This document shows, piece by piece, positions 12,113-25,560 of a DNA stretch of 64,000 nucleotides. The stretch's first letter is position 1. Each line of letters opens with the position of its first letter. The notes beneath the pieces are model-generated. The model made no database searches, was not told the origin of the DNA, and saw nothing but the letters and a program-made list of their open reading frames with translations. The stretch is taken from positions 67,954,001-68,018,000 of the forward strand of contig NC_087437.1 of assembly GCF_036321535.1 (NCBI RefSeq), read 5' to 3'. A program made the translations under genes and the position numbers. Source of the stretch: Camelus dromedarius (Eukaryota).

Positions 12113-15100
12113 TCCATAACATAAATCACATCTTGGTACACTGGAAATAAATGGTATGAATATACTTCTCAGACAAGGAACTTAGCAAACCAAAGGGGAA
12201 AAATGCTAACAGTTAACTGTTGAAATTCCTTCAGTTTTTTTTTTTCTTTTCATCATGTCTTCAGTAATCATTTAGTGTTTATTCAATTTAAGGTAGAACC
12301 TTATTCTTATTCCTTTTCAAAAGCAGGGGTAGCATTATGAATAGAAAGTTTAGATATTTCCAGAATAAATGGCTAAAATCTCAAGCTCTTTGTTTCACAT
12401 CTAGAAAATCTTTCTGAGTTTCATGGGAAGATAAACTTTTATTTCCAAAAGGAACTTCAAAGTTATATGAAGATAAAAGAAGAGCTCCAGTGAGTGAACT
12501 GGAGTAATATTTGGTAATAACCTGCAGGAGAGCTCATCTGAATTAGAAAGAACTGTGATAACCAAACTCTTACAGTTTAGATCCATAGAGGCTTGAAACA
12601 GGGTTGAAACAGCCTAGTTGAAACTAATACTCTTGCATTAGAATCACGTACAAAATTTGATAATGAATTTTACTTAAGAGGAAATAAAGAAGATGAATCA
12701 TTTTCAGGCAACCCTCTATATGTCTAAGGACATTTATCCTTTTTTGACTGGTCTCAGAGAAGCACTAGGAAACAAGAAGGGACTATTTTAATCAAACAAC
12801 TGATACAAATTCAGCATCACCAATCACCAATATTTCTATCATAGGGCTTTCCTGTGATGTTGGTAGCAGAAAGGAACACAAATTGTTTTATAAGTATGGT
12901 GAAGACAAAAAATAACTACATTCTACTTCCTTCTCGCCCCCCAACACACACACACAGTTAACTTTTCAGAATTTCTTACGAAGATTTTCTCTAAAACTGT
13001 TTTGTTTCTTTTTGTTCAAGATCATCTCTGAAACAATATTTTCTACATGGCAGTGGGACAAGAAGTTGGATCTATAAAATATTCTGATAAATGATATATG
13101 TATTTAGTTACTTCATTAAATTATTACCATATAATGTATATTTAAGTAACCTGTGCTTCCAGGGTACTCAGTACTAAGTACTCAGAAGGTGTTCAATTAA
13201 CATGTACTTTTTAGTGTAAAATGATACTAAGATGGCCCAACCCAAATGTAGCAGTGTTGAGCCATTCTTTGATGATATGAATTACAGAAAAGCAATACAG
13301 AATAAAAGGTACATTCTCCAAAATACTTATGGATGATCTGAATTAATTAGATAGTTATAAGGCAGGCATCATGACATATACAATATACATTATATATATA
13401 TATATTAGTGTGTGTATGTATAATTGCCTAATATTGCATAATATAATTTCTTAGAGATTTAGAGAAATATATAGACATCTCTCAATTTCAAATCTTAGAA
13501 AACTCAAAACCCCCCTATGAATATAATTGAATAGGGTTGGGTGGAGAGAGAGACTTGACCTTTACATTTAAGATTATGGGTTCCATGACCTGGCCTTTGT
13601 AAGGTGTGGGGAGGACCTTCCTATCCAACCCAGTGGGTATCACAGTGATTTAAATGCAGGCAAGAGAAGGGGTATGTCAGAGAGAATAACTGGTCTAATC
13701 CAGAGGCTATTTTTGCTCTTTCTGAATTTGGCCAATAATTTGTGCCATTCTAGAATTTATCATTATCAATATTAATATTAGATATGAAATGTAAATGGTC
13801 CAAATCAGATCACATATTTCTCATTATTTTTTCAGTCCATAAACCTTGAAAACTGTATAGCTGTTGTGGTCACATGCTTTCTTTATGGGATATGGAAAAA
13901 AAGGGGGCAAAACATTGAAAAATATCTGTGAAAGAACCTGAAATGAATTGATGGAATTAATGACAGAAATATGAAATGAACTGTGAAAAAGAATAGTAAA
14001 TTAATCTTAAAATACCCAGCAGCACCAGTATAATTAAATAGCAACTATGGTATCATTTAATTATTTTCTCAAACAGCACCATCATTATATATGACCATGA
14101 CATAATTTTCCTGTATTTATTTGGCAAAGCAGTGAAAATGAATTGAGACTTACATTATCAATTGCAAAAAAATGGCATTACACTGGATTGGAAGGAATTT
14201 GAAATTGCACCTAATAGAACAAAGCACACTCCAAATTAATGTACAGTGCTGCTAGGAAATGAATGAAGTCTTTACTCTTAAGTCTTTTGTTTTAAGGAGA
14301 ACCTTGAGCAATGAAGGCCGAATAATTGTCCTTAAGACCGTGAAATGAATCAAAGCAGCCATAAATGGCATTCATGATTACAAGAAAAAGATTTTCTTCT
14401 TTCTGAGTCTCTCTTCCTTTTATGCTGTGTGGGCAGAGTCCAATTGTATGACATAGAGCCTCTCAGGTTGGGTTCTTGCTGTAACTTTGACATAACTATT
14501 CTCCTTTGTCTGGTTTCATCTTGTACACTACACTCTCTTCTCTATACACCCACTTCCTAAGGCTGTTTTTTGCTCACCCACTTCCCACTGTTTATAAGTG
14601 TGCGTATGTTACGAGTTGTAAACAAGGAACTGCTATTAAGCCAATTCATTAATTAGGGTTCTGTCTGATGTTCTCCTGTGAAGGATAATAATTTGTTAGC
14701 TTAACTACTACGATCTTCTTCCTTCCTCAGAAATGTCATCCTGAGAAAATATTGATTGAGAATGGACCCCTGCTAGGTAATATATGTATGATTTATACAT
14801 ACTTGAGGATATTCGAGTGTATTATCTCTTTTTTGATAGCCAGTAATGACTGTAATAAACTTAAAACACCTCATTTTAAATAACCAGATGTTTTCCGTTG
14901 ACAATGGAGGCATAATTCACAAATATGCTCACAATTATTTCTGAGTTAGGGAATTTTAGTCCAAATTGGAATGGGCACCGGTATATACACTTTAGACTCT
15001 GTTTTATTAAGTAGTCCAAAACAAATGTCTTTGTCCATGCTGCTTCTTCGATAGGAAATGCTACTCTCTCTGCTTATTCAAATTGCAATAATTCAAAGTA

Positions 15101-16489
15101 ATCAGAAGTTCTGTCCTCTCATCTTCTATCTAAAAGTTCTAATGGCTGTGTATCTTGACCATCTTTAGTCATGACTAGTAAGTAGAAATTCTATTATTTC
15201 ATCCCAGCTGTATTGGATATTAAAGCTGTTGCTTTTGGATGCATAGCCAAGCATGGTTCAGTGTTTGGAACCTTCAGGTGGAACTGTTTAGGTGGTCTTC
15301 CAGGCTGCCTCAAACATTCAGTCCTCAATGCCATGCTCCTCTCGAATATGCTATGTACCTGACTGCTAAGTCTTAAGCTTTACTTGTCCTAATCTTTTGG
15401 CCTTGGTCTCTAGTTTGTCGCCTTTTTTCAATTTAGATCTTGATAATTATGTTGCTTTCCAATTAAGATTTTGTTCGTTTAATCCAGGGTTATAACCTCA
15501 ACAAGATGAACTACATTCCATTTCCTGGGAGAGATGGGTCAGACCTCTCCTCCTGGCCTGTACTGTGTGGTTGGGCAAAAGATAACTGAATGTGGAGTTA
15601 GAAAATACGGCTTGGAGGGTCAATTTTTATTCCAACTATGTGTGCCATTTTGGACGAGGCATATTCTGAGCCCCTGATGTTTTTCAAGCCTGTGATCCAC
15701 TTCTGTATTCTATACGTGGAGTCCCATTATAAATACCATTTGTTGAAAATAGCAAGGTTGATGTATCTTACGATTTTCTAGATATATTTTGCATCATGTG
15801 GAGTATCAGACATGCTAGATTTCACAAGTGCGGCTGGTACGGAGAAGTGAAGGATCTGAGACCATGTCGGGTAGGGGAGGGCCTTGAATGGACTATAGGA
15901 ATGGTTCCTAAGGTGAGGGGCAGGGTGGATAGTCAGTATCATATGTAGATCAGACAAAAAGGGATAATGACCTCAAGTCAGGCTTCAGACAGGGTATATG
16001 GCTTTGAGCCAGCATCTATTTGTATAGCTAAACAAGGCCAATCTAGTTGGTGGGCATGGGAGCAACACTGCAGGCATTGTCTAAACAGTTGAAGTCACAT
16101 TAGTGACAACTTAGCAGTGTGGTTGTTTTCAGGGGGTCAAGTATCTCTAAGAAGGAACATAGCCGTGGACTCATAATGGGAGAGTGGGTATATGTAAGGG
16201 CAAGAGAGGGTGTCAGGGAGTCATGTGGACTCCAGCCACGTCTTCAGTTCCCTACAAAGCCAAAGCAGAAGTCCAGCTGTATGGATTAGGCCAATATGAG
16301 AGGTATGGTCTAGCATTTTGTCCAAATAAGATTGCTTGCCTCGTTTGCATTTCTGGGCTAGAGCTTCTGGATCTGAATAAAATATGAACTTTGAGTGAAA
16401 CTCTAAGTGGCTTCTAAGTAATTTGGTTTTTCATCTGCGCTCCCTTAGTACCATGTTAGGATATCTAAAATAGAATTGAACATAGTATT

Positions 16490-16645
16490 ATTTCTATTTT
16501 TATAAGTCTGTTTTCCCTTTAGACTATGGACTCCTTAAGGTCAGGCATAAAATTGTTTCCTGCTCTGTATCTTAATGTTTAGGACAGTGCCTGGCATAGG
16601 TACATAAGAAATGCTTATTGAATAAATGATTGGATGAATGAACTA
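16490..16645 (+). mobile_element. L2 LINE 3' end
   Basis: 'tagactatggactccttaaggtcagg...acagtgcctggcatagg...ttgaataaatgattggatgaatgaa'. Confidence 0.8.
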
Positions 16646-18006
16646 ACAAAGCTCTATTCCAGGGCCTTAAGATAAACCTCTGAATATTGTTTATCCATCT
16701 TTAAAATGCATGCCTTTGTCACCTAATTAACCAGGTTCAAGTTAGAGTTGGTTTGATGTCTGTGATGGATGTTAGGGGAAGGATGAGGGAGAAGTTCAGG
16801 ATATTTCTCCATCTTCCTTAGCTTTGTTCTGAAACGTTTGGACCAAAGTCTTCATCCCAACTCAGGGCACAGTGCCACACACTTAAATGCCTCTGGTTCC
16901 TTCTAGTGCACTACAAGGAAGGCAATTCCAAGGATATATCCTACCAATAGAGGGTTCATCTTGCCATATGAAGTTGATCCATAGTTGATTACTTACGTAA
17001 ATATCCTGTTGTAGAACTCAATAAAACTGACTAGGAAGAAAATAAAGGACTTTTAAGTTATTTTTCTTAGTATCATGTTTTGCCATTGAGGACCTTATTG
17101 AAGAAATACTCTAAAATTACTTTGTTTTACAGTGATTCTATCAGTTGTCTAAATACTTAGAAAGCACTTTGCTGAGAGAAGTGTTAGGTGCATTAGTTTG
17201 AAGACGTTTTGGATTAATCAAGCTGTTGTTGATCCTGAACTTGTTCAGCAGGCCCAGTTTCACTGCCAGTAAACACAGAGAAGTACTTTTCCCCAAACTT
17301 AACGTGTAACAAAGAATAAGTTTTATCAGACTTTTAAAAAAAATCCGAAGTTAGGGACTTTGCTCAAGTAGGACTTTTTTTGCTTAATCTTCACACCCTC
17401 ATGTTTCAGAGTGCTGTATTGCCAAGTAAGCCAAGAGAAGATTATACTAAAAATGGCACTCTCAGAATTGTGAACTTATTCAGCAGAGATTTTACAGGAA
17501 CCTCAGAGGATTTTATTCACAATTGAACTTGAATAATTTTCAGTAATACTTTCTAGTTCTGGAAAACTACCTCTCAAAGTTTCTTTTTTCTTCTTTCATG
17601 TGTGTAAAAATGAGTAACATATATTGGAAAAAAAGTAGAGTTAAAAGAGAATCTTAGGGATCTAAACCCTTAAGCTGTTAGTTTGAGTTTATGAAAAGAG
17701 TTATGATAACAGGTTTTTGGGGAAAAAATGTATGTTCAGGCATAGGATTCTACAAAATTCATTCATTCAACAAAAATTAGTTGAGTGCATACTCCATACC
17801 AGGCTTTGTCAGAGTTTCCAGACACCCTTGGTAATAATTTTCAATCTGGCCAATCAATTCATCTTTGTAATTTTTCTCAAGCTGGACTCAGAAGCTTGGA
17901 TACAGAGAATGACAGCTGTGACATTACCCGAGATGGACAAGATGTGCAGAAGAATGAGAAAGTAACGGATTCCAGAATGGAGTGTGTGCATGGTGGAAGT
18001 GGTTAT

Positions 18007-18207
18007 TCTCATTTTGAAAGAAATACTTCCATGCAGCAGGTATTTAGTTGGTCCCATTATCTGCCAATCAGTGATCCAAGCACAAGAAATATAAAGATGA
18101 ACAATCTGATCAAGACACTGCCCTCAAGAAGCTTTCCTTGCATTATGGTGATGAAAGAGAAGCAAAAACATAACTATGAGTATATTGCTCAGTAGTCATT
18201 AAGAAAA
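18007..18207 (-). repeat. Left arm of long inverted repeat (inverted L2 3'-end copy)
   Basis: Reverse complement of 18349-18548, ~83% identical by hand alignment. Confidence 0.92.
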
Positions 18208-18211
18208 CCAC

Positions 18212-18548
18212 TGTTCTGGGATGTTCTTCCTCCAGATGTTTGCCTGGTGCTTCCATCATCCATCCCACTTCTCCCCAGAGAGGCTTTCTCAGCAACCCAG
18301 TTTCTCAGCACTGCACCCCCCCAATTTTCTGTCCCCCAGTGCAGCTTTTTTTCTTAATAACTACTTAGCAATACATCTATAGTCATTTTCTGTTGATCTT
18401 TCACCACTAAAATCCAAGGAAAGCTTCTTGGGGGCAGGGCTTGATCAGTTTTGTTCATCTTTGTATTTCTTGTGCTTAGATCACTGATTGGCAGGTAATG
18501 GGACCCACAAAATATTTGCTGAGTGGAAGTATATATTCCAAGATGAGA
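18212..18548 (+). mobile_element. L2a-type 3' fragment; its distal ~200 bp is the right arm of the inverted repeat
   Basis: 'ctgggatgttcttcctccagatg', 'aagcttcttgggggcagggcttg...ttgttcatctttgtatttc' and tail 'aaatatttgctgagtg'. Confidence 0.8.
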
Positions 18549-20449
18549 GAGAAAGAGTCCCAGGATGCCTACCTGTAATACTTTGGAAGAGTTAAATTCT
18601 GACCATAGGTAACAGTGAGAAAAGGACAAATAATAGGAAGGATGTAGGGGAGACAGAAGGATAGACGTATGTCTAGAATTAAAGAGGTGAGGATTAGAGA
18701 TCTAGATCTTTGAGAGCAAAGGAAAGATGATGGGGCAAAGGCAAGGGTGCTTGAAGTAGCAAGTTATTGGAATTTACCAAGGTCAGGAGATGAGACCAAG
18801 GTGACAGGGGAGAAATCAACATGTACCTGTTAAATCACTTAGGATTATTGTGGTGGCTGGTGGAGGGGAAAACTATTGAAGTAGGCAAGAACGTCTCCAA
18901 AGAAGGGACTGGAGAAATGGAATCAGCTTTTGCTGACAACCTCTCCATGATGCAGTTACAATTGTTCAGTTTTTCAGAGGAGAAATCTGACCCTCAGAGG
19001 GCCAAATGCCTAGAGTTCCATAGCTAATAAGCCGCACAGCCAGAAATAAAACACACTTATGTGTGGCTCTCAGCGCCATACTTAATCGGTAAGACCACAT
19101 CCCCTTCCTACTTCTTACCCCTTGTTCCTCCACTTTTTCTTATTTTCTTTCTTCCCTTTAACTTATTCCCCTTGTTCTAAACGTGAGGTAGTTTAAAAGT
19201 TCAAAAAAGCCATTCCAAGCTGTTTTCTCCCTTTCCCCCTAGTTTGGAGGGAAGAGTTAAGAAAGCGAAAAGAAATGGAAGGAAAATCAGCAGGATATTT
19301 AGCTAGTATTTTCTGTGCATAAAAGAGAAGAAAGCATCTGAGAACAAATCACAGTAATAAAGAGAAAATGGTGTCAACATGTGTTTGGACAAATAAATGC
19401 ACTATAACTTAAAAGTTCTAGAATTCAGGAAAATTACATCTCCATTAACTTAAAATACCCTGGTTCCTAAAGATTTAGCTACTGCCTGCAAAATGCCTCA
19501 TGAGGCATATTTATGAGTTATGGGGATAATAGTTGTTAAGGAAATCTCTAGGAGGTTCCAAGAGGATTGAAATGATTTAGGCATAAAATACAATTTTAGC
19601 CAAGTGCAACAGTGTGGTATGTATTTTTAAATGTTTCTTTTTGCTTTTTTTTTTTTTTTTTTGGACTCGCTAGAGGACAAAAATGAGAGGATTTCAAAGA
19701 ACATAGAGCCTATTTGTTAGAAAGGCAAAATGAAGCAGAATATTCTATTATACTGATGATCATAGATTTGAAATAATGGTGACACATCAGGTGATGTCTG
19801 GGCATTTATCAAAGGTAACTATAATGTGGTTTTTGAATAGTATGCTTATAGATGCCTAACTATTTGTGGGGTCTGTAGTTAAGATTACATATAATGAAGA
19901 CACAGTTATGCCTTTTTAATTACCTTTATAATGCCCGTTGGTTTCATTTATTATTATAGAATAAAATTGTTTTCCATTGTTAATTTTTGGGCTTAGTTCT
20001 ATAATAACACAATGGCAGCTTTCATTTAAAAACTTTCAAATTATTAAGTTTGGTCCCCACAGAGAAGTGAAGTGGACAGTGAACAGCTAGCTGAGCAAAA
20101 TTCATCTACCCACTTAAAAACACTTTGATTAACCTATGTGTTATCTATGTGGTTGTCTTCTCAGCTCTGAGGCACAGATATGAAAAATGGCAGTAAAGTC
20201 CTTGCCGTCACGATACATCTAAGTGGAGGGGGGGCGGTGCAGACCATAAACGCATGTACACACACATACTGTGCCCTTTAGATTAGAGCTATAAACTAAA
20301 ATGGGCTAAGGGATGAGAGGGTGACAGAGGAAAGAATGAAGAGTCAGAGGGATGCCAATTTAGGAATTTAGTCAGAGCTGTTTGTCTGCAAAGGTGATTT
20401 TTGAGTAGGCTTAATTTAGTCTGTTAATAGGATGTGAGAGGAAAGAAAG

Positions 20450-20670
20450 AAATTGTTGGGTACTTATTAGACACCAAGCATTTTGCAAAGCATTTTTCTT
20501 CATAGGGTATCTCAAGCAACACTTAGAACACAGCAATAGAAGGATTACTGTGCTCATTTTAAAGCTTATATTGAGAAAGATCGACTAATTTCCCCAGGAT
20601 CATACAATTGCTAATTGAGTCAGGATTAAAACTCAAATCTGTCTGATTTTAGAAACCATGTTCTTTCCAT
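20450..20670 (-). mobile_element. MIR SINE
   Basis: 'taatttccccaggatcatacaattgctaatt...caggattaaaactcaaatctgtctgatttt'. Confidence 0.7.
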
Positions 20671-20809
20671 TATACTGATCCTTTTCTCTGGAAACAAATA
20701 GGAGCCACAACCTTGAAGGGGTAAAGAAGTAAAGAGGGGAGAGTAGAACTGTTAGAGGTGGGAATTATGTGGGTCTTGGAAGAGATGCCAGAATCAGAAC
20801 ATTCTGGAG

Positions 20810-21282
20810 CATAAAGGGTTACTGATGGCTGCTGTAACAAATTAACCACAAACTGGGTGGCTTAAACTAGCAGAAATTTAGTTTTTGATAGTGCTGGAGG
20901 GTAGAAGCCTAAAATCAGTATCCCTGGAAATAAAGGTGTCTGCAGGGCCACATCTCCCCTGGAGGCTCCAGAGGAAAATCTGTTTCCTTGCCTCTTTCAG
21001 CCTCTCATGGCTCCTCACATTCTTTGGCTTGTAGCTACTTTGCTTCAATCTCCACCTCCCTCTTCACATGTATGTGTGAAATCTCCCTCTGCCTCTCCAA
21101 GGATACATGCAGTTTCACTTGAGACCCACCTGTATAAACCAGAAATAATCTCCTCATCTTAAGATCCTTAACTTACATGTGCAAAGACCTTTCCCCTCTC
21201 CCCCAGTATATAAATTAACATTCATAGGTTCTAGGGATTAGGGTGTGGATATTTGGCAGAGGGTCATTTTCAGCCTACAGCA
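20810..21282 (-). mobile_element. MaLR solo LTR, MLT1C/D-like, near full length
   Basis: 'ggctgctgtaacaaattaaccacaaactgggtggcttaaa', 'ataatctcctcatcttaagatccttaactt' and 'ttctagggattagggtgtggatat...ttcagcctacagca'. Confidence 0.88.
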
Positions 21283-21439
21283 AAGGATTAAAAAAACACC
21301 ATGTAGAAGAAAGGACAAAGGGAATGTTTGTAGGCCTTAAATCACCTATTGGATTCAAACTAAGAAACTAAGAGAGTCTGAGGGAATTCACTGAATAGTA
21401 TTGAGTTGGCATTGTTCTTTGAAAATAATCACTCTGCAT

Positions 21440-22760
21440 TCATTAATTTCATTATTCATTACGTATTCAGTTATTCTCTGTGCTGGAAGCTGGGAGAACG
21501 TAATCGTAGAATGATAGCTATGATTCCTGCCCTTGTGAAGCTTGCAGTCTAGTGATGGAGACAGGGCATGACTAAAAAAGAAAAGAAAAGAAAAGAAAAA
21601 TCAATCACACAGATCAGTTTTTGATTTGGGACTGTGATAAATGCTATGAAGATAAATGCAGGGTACCCTTAGAGCTGACAAAATTTAGGGAAAACAGTTC
21701 CAAAAAAGTGTTAACAATGTTGCATATTGATACATGCAAACATACATTGATACAACATCTATAGAATTGCTAGTCCATCCTTTCTGTAACACCTCCCCTA
21801 AGGTGGTGGTGGTGATTTTTAAATTTTTCATTGGTGTAAAAATCTTTTCTCTATACCTTGAATTCCTTAAGATTTCTTGGCATGCTATCTTTGAGAATGT
21901 GGTATTTGCACTGAAATCTAATGAATGTGGAGTAGTTAACTTGCCAAAAGGTGGAAGAAACCAGAGAAGAATATTCTGGACAGTTCTGAAGACTAGGGTA
22001 AGATGAACAGTGCTGTGAGGGGATGGAACAAAGACCAATGGAGCTAGTGTGGAGAGAACCAAGGGGAGACAGGTGAGAGAGGTACGTGGAGAAAATGGGC
22101 AGAGGCCGGATGCTCAGGGGCTCTCTAGGTCACACTCAGATGTTGCTTCTTAATATGTAGGCATTGGGAAGCAAGGGAAGAGAATTTGGGGGGATGGTTT
22201 TTGTGTATTTGATTCTTTTCTGCTTTTTAAATTTTACCTACAATAAAGTTTACTCTTTGTTATACAGTTTGAAAGATACATGCTGTCATGGTAATTACAC
22301 CCACAATCAAGATATAAATTAGTTACAACAGCTCTGCTCCCCTAGTTTTCTCATGCTACCTGTTTGTAGTTAGCCCCAACCCCTTTTCCGTGACAAACAG
22401 AAGTATTATTCATGTGAGAAATGTGATGGCTTAAATGGTGCCATTAAAATTGAGGACATACATTCAAGAGATACTTAGGAGTCCGAATCAAGAGAACATG
22501 GTGACATTAAATATTTAAATTTGCAGAAGGGAGTGTTGATGAGGTTCTCAGGTCTCTGGCTTAGTAACTAGAAGACAAGCGGGGACCTTTAAGAAGTGGG
22601 AAGAACAACTACTGTGATTAAAAGTAGACAGAGATTAAATTCAGTTTATGGTGCCCATGAGACATCCAAGACTGGATGAGTAGTTGGGAGGATTTTGGAT
22701 CTTGAATTCATTAGAGAAATTTGAACTGAACATTTATATTTGAGGGATGGAAGATTCTGA
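21440..22760 (-). mobile_element. Fragmented L2 LINE, split by an L1 fragment
   Basis: 3' end 'ttcctgcccttgtgaagcttgcagtctagtgatggagacag', body 'taggcattgggaagc' and 'ggttctcaggtctctggcttagtaactag'. Confidence 0.7.
22215..22400 (-). mobile_element. Old L1M 3' UTR fragment
   Basis: 'tttacctacaataaagtttactcttt...cacccacaatcaagatata...ctcatgctacctgtttgtagt'. Confidence 0.65.
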
Positions 22761-22809
22761 AAGGAATCTTGGCCCTTTTTTCAGTGCATAGTAACATGTT
22801 TGTGAAAAT

Positions 22810-23000
22810 AATTACACTGTGTGCAAAATATGTATTAGGCATTGCTCTAAGTGTACACGTATTTAATCCTGGAAACAACCTGAAAGTATAAAACACTTTT
22901 ACAGGTAGGAAACTAAGATATAGAGCAATTAAGATACATAACCAAGCTTTCATACCTTGTGAGACTCAGAGCTGGTAATTCAAGAGTCTTAAACTCAATT
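22810..23000 (-). mobile_element. MIR SINE
   Basis: 'atttaatcctggaaacaacctg...ttttacaggtaggaaactaagatatagag'. Confidence 0.7.
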
Positions 23001-25359
23001 GCTAAAAACTTGTTCAGATGCGTTTTGTTTAATGGTTAAGGCAGTGGTGCTTATTGTAGGAAATGAATCATCATTGTCTCTGAAGCTTTTAGCAATATAA
23101 ATGTAATGTGTACTCATGACCCCGTCCACCTTACCTGCCTATCAAAGCAGGGGAACAGGGCCTGGAAGACTTTTTTTTAACGTTTCTAGCTGATGTTGAT
23201 GTGTCTCTCCTTTCTTCCTTCACTGTTGCATACCACCACTCTCAGACACACTCAGACAAGGCTGACATCCACTGGGTTGGTGTTTGGTCCTGAGATGATT
23301 GATTTATTATAAGTATGAATGGATCATAGAAGTATGCTACGAGCAGAAGTTTACAAATAAGCTATTCTGGGCTAGAGTATGTACCTGGGCATTGATGACC
23401 ATGAGAAAATAGCATTCTTGCATAAGGGTGCATTATATGGACCATGTGTTGGCCACTAATGCCATAACATTGCCATTTATAAGCGTACTGTACCAGTGAC
23501 ATGTTACATTGCCTGCTTGTGAATCCTGTTTTCTTATAGACATATTCTTGAAATCATGCTGTCCATTTTCATATATTTACATTTTCCAGTGGAGAATGCT
23601 ATTAAAAGAAACACTCTATTTAAAAAAAAAAAAAAAGAGACCTTCACAAAATGAATAGCATTACTGAGCCATCTACTTTATAAATCTACATGTTCATATA
23701 ATGCATTTGGGTATAGTGATATGCTTTCCTTCTACATTCATGTTGATGGATATGAGCTTTAAAATCATAATTCATAGAAAACTGGTAATTTTTCTTCTCT
23801 CATCTCTTTGTTTAATTTGAACAACTAAGGATATCTCCTGTATCCTTAAAGAGGCAAGAGTGAAACTTAAATATTTATTTTGCATTGATTTTTTTTAACG
23901 TCACCACCAAAAACTAAAAGCAAACAACAACGACAACAAAATGTGTCAATAATGTTAGGTTCTCTTGCAAGACCAGTACTAAATTTAGGATAAATCTTTC
24001 ATTTTAACCTATGAAATTTGCCTCTTTCTCAGTATTTAAAAAAAAACAAAAACGAATTTCTGTGTGTCAGAGGTCAGTCAGTTCTTGTTACTGTATTGTG
24101 CCTATTTGTTTATTTAGTATTCACCTATGATGAGAAACACAGATTGAATTGGTAAATAGATCATTGGAGGTGACTTTTGCAATACGGCACTAATATAAAA
24201 ATGGATTTATAATCCACTCTCATTGCAAAGATTGAATAATGATTGAGCTATAACATTTTGACCTGCTTTTCACATTCCAGGGGCTCATGGCCCAGACATT
24301 CCACATGATTTGAGTAGAATGGATAATGTACCTCCTCCCTAGAGGGAGCTAAATGCAGTAGGTCAGAAGCATTACTTCAGAAAGTTTCATTTTATGTGAT
24401 TCTTCCTTTTGGTTCATTACCTTTTTACCTCCCAGAAGAGGAAGGTAAAGAAAAATGGGCAGTCAATCCAGAGTGACCTCTTGCACAAGAGAGCTATGAC
24501 TTGTGAGATTGTGGTCCAGCTCCTGGGGCCCTTGTGATGTTGTTTCCTCCTACCCAGTAATTTACAATGTTGTAACTGCTGCTTTGGTAGGGATGCGATG
24601 GAGGGACAAAAGAGAATGAGTAAAAGAGAGAGAGAAACAACTTATATCGAGGGAGGTGGGAGGAACAACTTGGCTGTGATTTTAGCCCATTAAATCCTAT
24701 AGAGAAATAATATGGGAAATGCCTATAATGTAACAGAAAAGAAGATTCACATGTGTGCGTGTTTTATCATCTTAACTGTTTCTCAGACGTCCCAAATTAT
24801 AGGCATAGGGAGAAAAAAGAGCTGGAAGGAAAGAGATAAAAATGTTAACAGTTGTCATATATTGGCAGAAAATTTTTTCATGTTTTTTCTAAATGCTGCA
24901 TTTTCTAAAATTTTAAATGAGTTTGGCCAACTTTCACATTATAAAAAGATACAATTGAGGGATCTGATTGGTGATCCATGAGTCTAACAGGGTTCAGGAT
25001 AGAAAATAAGGAAGTGAGCAGCAATTTAAACACTACATTCAGGATGCATTGTATTCTTATCCTCACTTCAGGAATTTCCGTCTCCATCACCACCTCTTCT
25101 CCCCTCACCCAGTAGTCTATCCTAAAACTTCCAAGACTTCTTCCTACAGAAACCTTCCTAATCTTCCCATCCTTATGAACATTGAGATCCTCCTGAAATT
25201 TCTACTCAGCATCAATGTTTACCTTCTCCACATAGCTGCTCTCACCAGGGTTTCTGTAGTGGTCGGGTAAGCCAATAGGAGATGATAGTGTAGTGCCCTT
25301 TTATCGTGGTGGGAATTGAAGACACTATATGAGACCTCTAGGGACATATTTTTTGATAA

Positions 25360-25560
25360 ATGGATAACTTTAGAACTAAATCTGAATTCATAGAAATCTG
25401 GATTTAAAACCTACATCTGTCACTTCATACTTACATAACCTTGGGCAAGTTGCTTAACCTGTCTTTTCTAAGATTCAGTTTCCTTGTAATTACAATGGAA
25501 AAAAGTAATTTGTTGGTAATGGGTCTTGTAGGCATAATTCTTATGAACTAAATGAACTAC
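25360..25560 (+). mobile_element. MIR SINE
   Basis: 'taaccttgggcaagttgcttaacct...tcagtttccttg'. Confidence 0.75.

Noticed and set aside
17785..18629. Two opposite-strand ORFs sharing the peptide SHYLPISDxSTRNxKMN (apparent paralogous gene pair)
   Set aside because: The similarity comes from the L2-derived inverted repeat and lies in L2 3'-end sequence.
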